Positions 58,801 through 64,000 of a DNA stretch of 64,000 nt are shown here, one piece after another. A program made the position numbers and the translations under genes. Every line of letters begins with the position of its first letter. The first letter of the stretch is position 1. The DNA comes from Tubulanus polymorphus (taxonomy: Eukaryota; Animalia; Nemertea), in NCBI RefSeq assembly GCF_964204645.1, contig NC_134030.1, forward strand, positions 20,978,210 through 21,042,209. Reading direction: 5' to 3'. Under the pieces are notes generated by a model. The model made no database searches. It saw only the letters and a program-made list of their open reading frames with translations, and was not told the DNA's origin.

Positions 58801-61800
58801 TGTTTAAATCTGTACGTCACGACGAACAAACATCGTCTTAAGCAACTACTCACAAGGGCAAGACTTTTTTAATATAGACTGTTGATGATCTACTAATTGC
58901 GCGTAATCTTTGGTTGTCATGACGCGATCTTTCGATCCTGCTATATGGACTAGTTCAATCTCGCTGACGAAATCTCCGATCCCTATCGCGAACAGCATGA
59001 TCCCGGTCTCCTCGCGTGTCTTCGCCGACTCCGTTTTCGTTTTCCAAGGAATCTGAAAAAAAAACATCGCCAGGAAATCATATAGAGTTTCATGAATTTC
59101 GAATCATAAAGGAAATACGCCCTCCTTTAGTGATGGGATTGACCCACCTTATTTCATGGGCGATGGAAGTTCTGATTCTGAATCTCATCCTCAAGTGAGG
59201 ATCCACCAGGTGTCGTTAACGTGCAGAAGGGCACCAACTTCTGCAGCGAAACATGATTCCACTTGTGGCAAGTGAGGCTCCACCAGGTGTCACTAGTGTG
59301 CAGTAGGACATCAAGTGCGGCAGTAGAGGATTCCACTTGTAGCAAGTGAGGATTCACCAGTTGTCGCTAGTGTGCAGTAGGACATGAAATACTGCAGTAA
59401 TAGAGGATTCCAATAGTGGCGGGTGAGGATCCACCAGGTGTCGCTAGTGTGCTTGTCGGATATCAGATGCTCGTGCAGTCGGAAATAGAACCCCCAACTT
59501 AGAAAAAATGACTAGAGTTTTCGACGAACCTGTGAATTGCCGTCGGTGATGACGATACCGATTTGTGGCACTTTTCCCTTTCTCGATCCTTTCGCGGTGG
59601 TTAGAGCGCTGTTTCTCGCTAAAGCCATCGCTTCCCAGGTGTGCGTGTCACCGTATAACTGTCTGAACTTACTCACTGCGCTCGTCATCTCATCAGTCGT
59701 GTTATATTCATTCATATCAAACCTTTCGAATCGAGAGAAAAGAAACAGTGATTAACTCTATGAATCCCCCTTTGACGTCATCGTTGAAGTCTCCTATTAC
59801 TAGCAAAGGATATTCCGCATCCACGAATCTTTTAATATCAGCGAAGTTCCTACCTGTAGAAGTAATAACTATCTCCATGAATCCCCCTATGACATCATGA
59901 ACGTTCATATTTATTTCTATGTAAATCCCCTTATGACATCATCAAAATACTATCACAACTTTGAATGAAGATTTATGTGTGTCCATAAACTCCTCTGTGT
60001 CTGTGTCTCCACAGATCCCCTTATGACATCAACAAAACCTTAACATCTGTATCTGTAACTTCACCTTAGATGACGTCATATATGGAGATTTATAGGGGCC
60101 AACACATGTTCACATAATGGATGCGGACAGTTGTACTAGAAGTCAATGATATCAAATCAGCACATTTGCATGGTGTCATAGGGGGATCTTTGAAACTGCC
60201 TTAAATTAGATCAATATTATGATGTCATAGGGGGGATGGTCAGGTGCGTACCTAGTAATCGCACGCGTGGCGAAACTGATGATACCAATTCTGGAGCGAT
60301 CCGGTCCGATCTGGAAACTCTTTATCATCTTATTCACGAATGTCAACTGTCGATCGTAATCTTCCGGTAGTATACTGGTCGACTCGTCCAGTATGAATAG
60401 AACGTCTACTTTATTGCCCACCCCACAGTCTGCGTAGAAAATAACAACTACTGCCTGTCACACCTGCTCTCCGTGCGACGGGCCTGAATTTCGATCATAA
60501 TCAATTGATCTGTGAATACTATCTATCAATTTGTCCAGTAAGGAATTTGCATTCAGAAATAGATTATGAATCGGCATAAATTTGTTTGTTTTCATCATCT
60601 GTCGGCGATTGTTCACCTAGCATACGCTCGCGTAATGCTGAAACACGGCTTATTTATTTATAATTTATCTATCTTACACTGAAACCCATTACAGGTATTA
60701 GAGGGACAACACAAAATTTACAAATTTCATAACACTGTAGAAAATTTCGAAATTCGATAACAAAATAAACTTTCTTGAATAAACAAACAGAAATAACAAA
60801 GTAACTTTGACTTTCTATGCATAGATATCCACACAAATAAATCACTATCTGGTAATTTAAAGCGATTGGCTTTCACGGCCCGTAACGTGGCGCCTCCTAC
60901 ATTTTTTTATGCTAACGAATAGGTGATGACGTCATGGCAACGTCTCTGAGCGTCCGCGGAGCGGTTTTTTCAGCACTACGCGAGCGTATGCCGAGTAAAC
61001 TATCGCCTGGATAGCATGTGTGACAGACAGTAGAGTTGTCCAGCGACACGACGCCTGCTTGGAAAGTGGTTATTGAATTGCTCGACAATTAAACGATTTA
61101 TACATTATCAAATTTAATTGATAATTGTGAATAGCGTTGATTTCGACGAAAAACAATGGTCATCAGTCGGCCATCTTGAATCCGATTGGACCGGTCTTTA
61201 GGCTCAGCGTGTATCTAGGGTAGATACACGCTTAAACCAGATATCTAGACAATAAAATAGTTCAAGATTCACAAAAATAACTGGATTCCGCCTGCGGACA
61301 GAAGGAGGGAATGTGAACACAAAAGGCCATATCGGAGCTTTCTAAATTAGAGCTTCACCCCGAGAGGGCTCAATCTTAGGGTAGAAAAACTCGACGAACC
61401 CTTAGGTCATAAATAGGTCAACAGGTTCCTCTACACCTACTGAGCGCCACTCTAAGAATGACCATCGACCAACAGATTCGTCGACGCATTCCACAAAACA
61501 TGTATTTACGAGAATAACTGATCGAACTGATTATTAATTCTCTACGTTATTTTAAGAGCCGTTTATTGCTGAATAGATGAAAACATTCTCCAAATATCCC
61601 AACTATTTATCATTGCATCCAATTATTTTCGCTGGAAATATTATTCGGAGATAAAAACGTGATGAAAACAAGAAATCTTCGAGAGTCAATTCGCCATGGC
61701 TTGCGGTGTTTGATAAAAACTGTTTTGGAAATCTGATAAAAGGATACTCTATGCACATTGATGAATATGGTCCATTTTGAAGTTAAAGATAATCAAAGAT

Positions 61801-62580
61801 TTTAACGGATTATCTATGGATAATCCGTTGATCGATATTCCTTACTTACCGCGGCGTGGTTGCTTCAAAGCTTCGACATCGAGTTGAGCCGATACCTACA
61901 AAAATGCGTACAACCTTTTAAAGCACCCAAACAGCAAACGGTTCGGAATCGCGATTGCGAGAATGTTTGAAATTACACACATTTTTTTCATAACAATGAT
62001 AATAATTCAAAACTTAAAACCTATGTAAAACAATAAAATCGGTAGCAAAATATCAAAAACAAATATCTATGTTTTTCTCAGTGTAAACGTCTTTCTGAAT
62101 GGGTCGATGCGGTGGATGAAATGCTTATCAACGATACAATGGGTCAAAATCGGTCGCATCATTAAGGGGACGTGTTGCTGAATCTTCGATTATTAAGTCA
62201 TTTTAATTGCGTTTTCATTATGAAGATAGAACGTGTCAAAAAGTTAAGCCTGTTAAAACTTAGAATGTTTCTGGATTTCCGAAAGCTCTTATGACGCCAT
62301 CAAGTTGAATACTATTCAATATTCATAATCATTATCATTGATCAAAGACTCTGAGTCTGTCTCGTAACTTGATGATATAAAATGCTACCCTTGAATAAAA
62401 GATATTTTCGAATGCGACTTTGATATATTTGGATATATTCGTAACGTCGAATAAATCATTAGTTTCTATAGGAAACAATTTCAACAAGTTTCATAATGAA
62501 ATAGCTAAGCTAAACTATAGTGTACGTACGGTGAATATGGTCCCGAGAAAGGCGGTCAGAATTACGAGGAACCTCCACAT
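55894..62580 (-). CDS. Secreted double von Willebrand factor A protein (matrilin/collagen VI-type VWA), 9 exons, 447 aa
   Basis: Exons 62580-62530, 61895-61850, 60429-60252, 59722-59530, 59052-58854, 57847-57836, 57449-57229, 56994-56653, 55995-55894; all GT-AG, phases match, total 1344 nt. Signal MWRFLVILTAFLGTIFTVSA; VWA1 DVLFILDESTS..GDTHT..IVITDG..FAIGIG; VWA2 IIILVTDG..IFVIGVG. Confidence 0.88.
59193..59452. repeat. Intronic minisatellite, ~75-bp unit, ~3.5 copies
   Basis: GTGAGG(A/C)T(C/T)CACCAG(G/T)TGTC recurs at ~59195, 59272, 59346, 59423. Confidence 0.85.
60448..61033. mobile_element. Foldback/MITE-like element with two nested pairs of inverted arms
   Basis: 60448-60478 pairs with 61003-61033 (about 26/31); 60611-60650 pairs with 60960-61000; contains the retroposon tail at ~60649-60778. 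Confidence 0.7.
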
Positions 62581-63465
62581 CACGATTGTTCGACTGATCC
62601 ACGTGTTTGGTGATAATCCTAAAATTGCCTAATCCAGGAATTTGGATCCAGTCCCGCAGTTGTAAGAGTTTAAGTCGACTTCGAGTTAAGATTATTTGTT
62701 CATTACTTCCGATATTTTAACTCTAAAACCAACTTTTGGAAGAACTATGGAAGTGGATCCTGCAACGCGCTGGTCGTTCGCTCCGCGATACGCTGACAAA
62801 CTGGTGAACAGCAGAATTTATTGAAAGTTTTAGACGTCTGGGCGATAAAAGTTGTGCGTCGGTGAATAAATCATCAGCTTCCTGCTCGAGCAAAAACAAG
62901 TCGTGTGCATTTTTGTAAAGATGCGAAAGAGTGGTCACATCAGCGCCAGTGTAAATACACTTGAAATTAATGACGATTGCTGCTGGAACTACAGAGCCCC
63001 GTATCCGGGACGGATGGTTAGTTGATTCCGAGTTCCGGTTAAAGAATTCCCTACGGTTACGCTCATTCTGTACTGTACTTGTTTTTCTATTCTAAATCGA
63101 ACTGTATGAACCTGTTTTAATATTTGAATTGTCCCGCCATGATTTAGTACTGGAAATCACGTGATTTCTTGGGCTTTGTCGAGAGCTTTGAGTTTTGTTC
63201 TTTTGAAATTAATTTTGGTAGTATCTTATCATGTAATAATCCTTTCTTGTAGAAACATGTATTTTCGGTAATGAATCGTAGTAACAGAGAGAATGTCGTC
63301 GTATTTTCTGGTCGTAACACCTACAGTCCTCAAAAATCTGAACTTGATGTTTTCCATGGATGTACTGTCTTATCCGAGTAAGAGGTTTTGTGTTGTATGT
63401 ACAGCCGCGATCACACGGAGACGATTTTACCCGGGCCAAAGCGGCACGGATCAGGTGACGATTTA

Positions 63466-63769
63466 GTTCCGTTCGACAGGAGTTACAATATTACATTACA
63501 GATTATGTCAATGGTATAATTATCACGTATAGATAAAGAGGATATCGAATTGAATCTGAAGATGCGCAATGTCAACAGGTTAGCAGAAAACTCTCTTGTT
63601 AGAACATTAATTAACCCACTCCCCAATCCAAAGAGTTTCCAATCTACTGAAGATTCAATCGAATGGGCGTCGAGTTACATATAAAACGATCCACGTACAA
63701 GAACGTACAGGGCTATCAAAAATCTATTATTTTCAACCACGTTAACGTCAATCGTGTACATATGGATTT
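63466..63769. repeat. 304-bp dispersed direct repeat, copy 2
   Basis: Matches 160-463 with a few substitutions. Confidence 0.95.
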
Positions 63770-63828
63770 TAACATCCAAATTTGAGGGGGGGTCCGGACA
63801 CCCTGACATCCCCCTAGATCCGCCTCTG
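63770..63828 (+). mobile_element. Right end of the MITE family whose left end is at 489
   Basis: GGGGGGGTCCGGACACCC...CCTAGATCCGCCTCTG; terminal 16 nt are inverted relative to 489-504. Confidence 0.55.
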
Positions 63829-64000
63829 TCAGTTCAATAATCTACCAGTAAAGAAGGCTTCTATATCGCACATACTCGTGTGCACATACATTCGTTTGAA
63901 GTCTAGTGTATGACACGAAAACATCTAGAACCAATATCAACTTTTATCACGAGAAGAACCAGTAGAGAATTGTACCGTATTCCTCAAACTCTACTCTATC

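Noticed and set aside
62723-63439. Short ORFs upstream of the VWA gene
   Set aside because: No recognisable domain or consistent splice pattern; the + frame has a stop.

Overview
Animal (invertebrate, probably lophotrochozoan) genomic DNA, AT-rich, with spliceosomal introns. The core is a head-to-tail array of GRL101/RXFP-like (LGR type C) GPCR genes on the + strand: the last 111 bp of an upstream copy, three intact 3-exon copies (A 5718-14007, B 19338-25425, C 28004-34391; each ~1920 aa: signal peptide - several CUB-like - C-type lectin x2 - ~7 LDLa - ~7 LRR - 7TM), a fourth copy (D 44185-50276) cut by a 7-bp deletion after the CUB/lectin region, and a 7TM-only remnant (E, to 54489). The main observation: the copies are near-identical over most coding, intronic and intergenic DNA but differ radically in four short loops of the second CUB-like domain and in exon 2, and they are mosaics of one another. 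This suggests a variable-ectodomain receptor family with a homogenised signalling module. Spacers hold a 109-bp satellite (about 20, 0, 16 and 2.5 units), a piggyBac-type MITE, and a captured 3' fragment of a neighbouring antisense Cys-rich gene that marks the duplication junction. Other elements: a decayed Penelope, a 5'-truncated CR1/L2-like LINE in intron 1 of A, a near-complete RTE-X-like LINE whose ORF1 and ORF2 are in frame across one TAG, several MITEs, and a complete 9-exon secreted double-VWA gene on the - strand. Exon structures were built by eye from GT/AG sites and frame continuity; family names are from motif recognition, not database searches.
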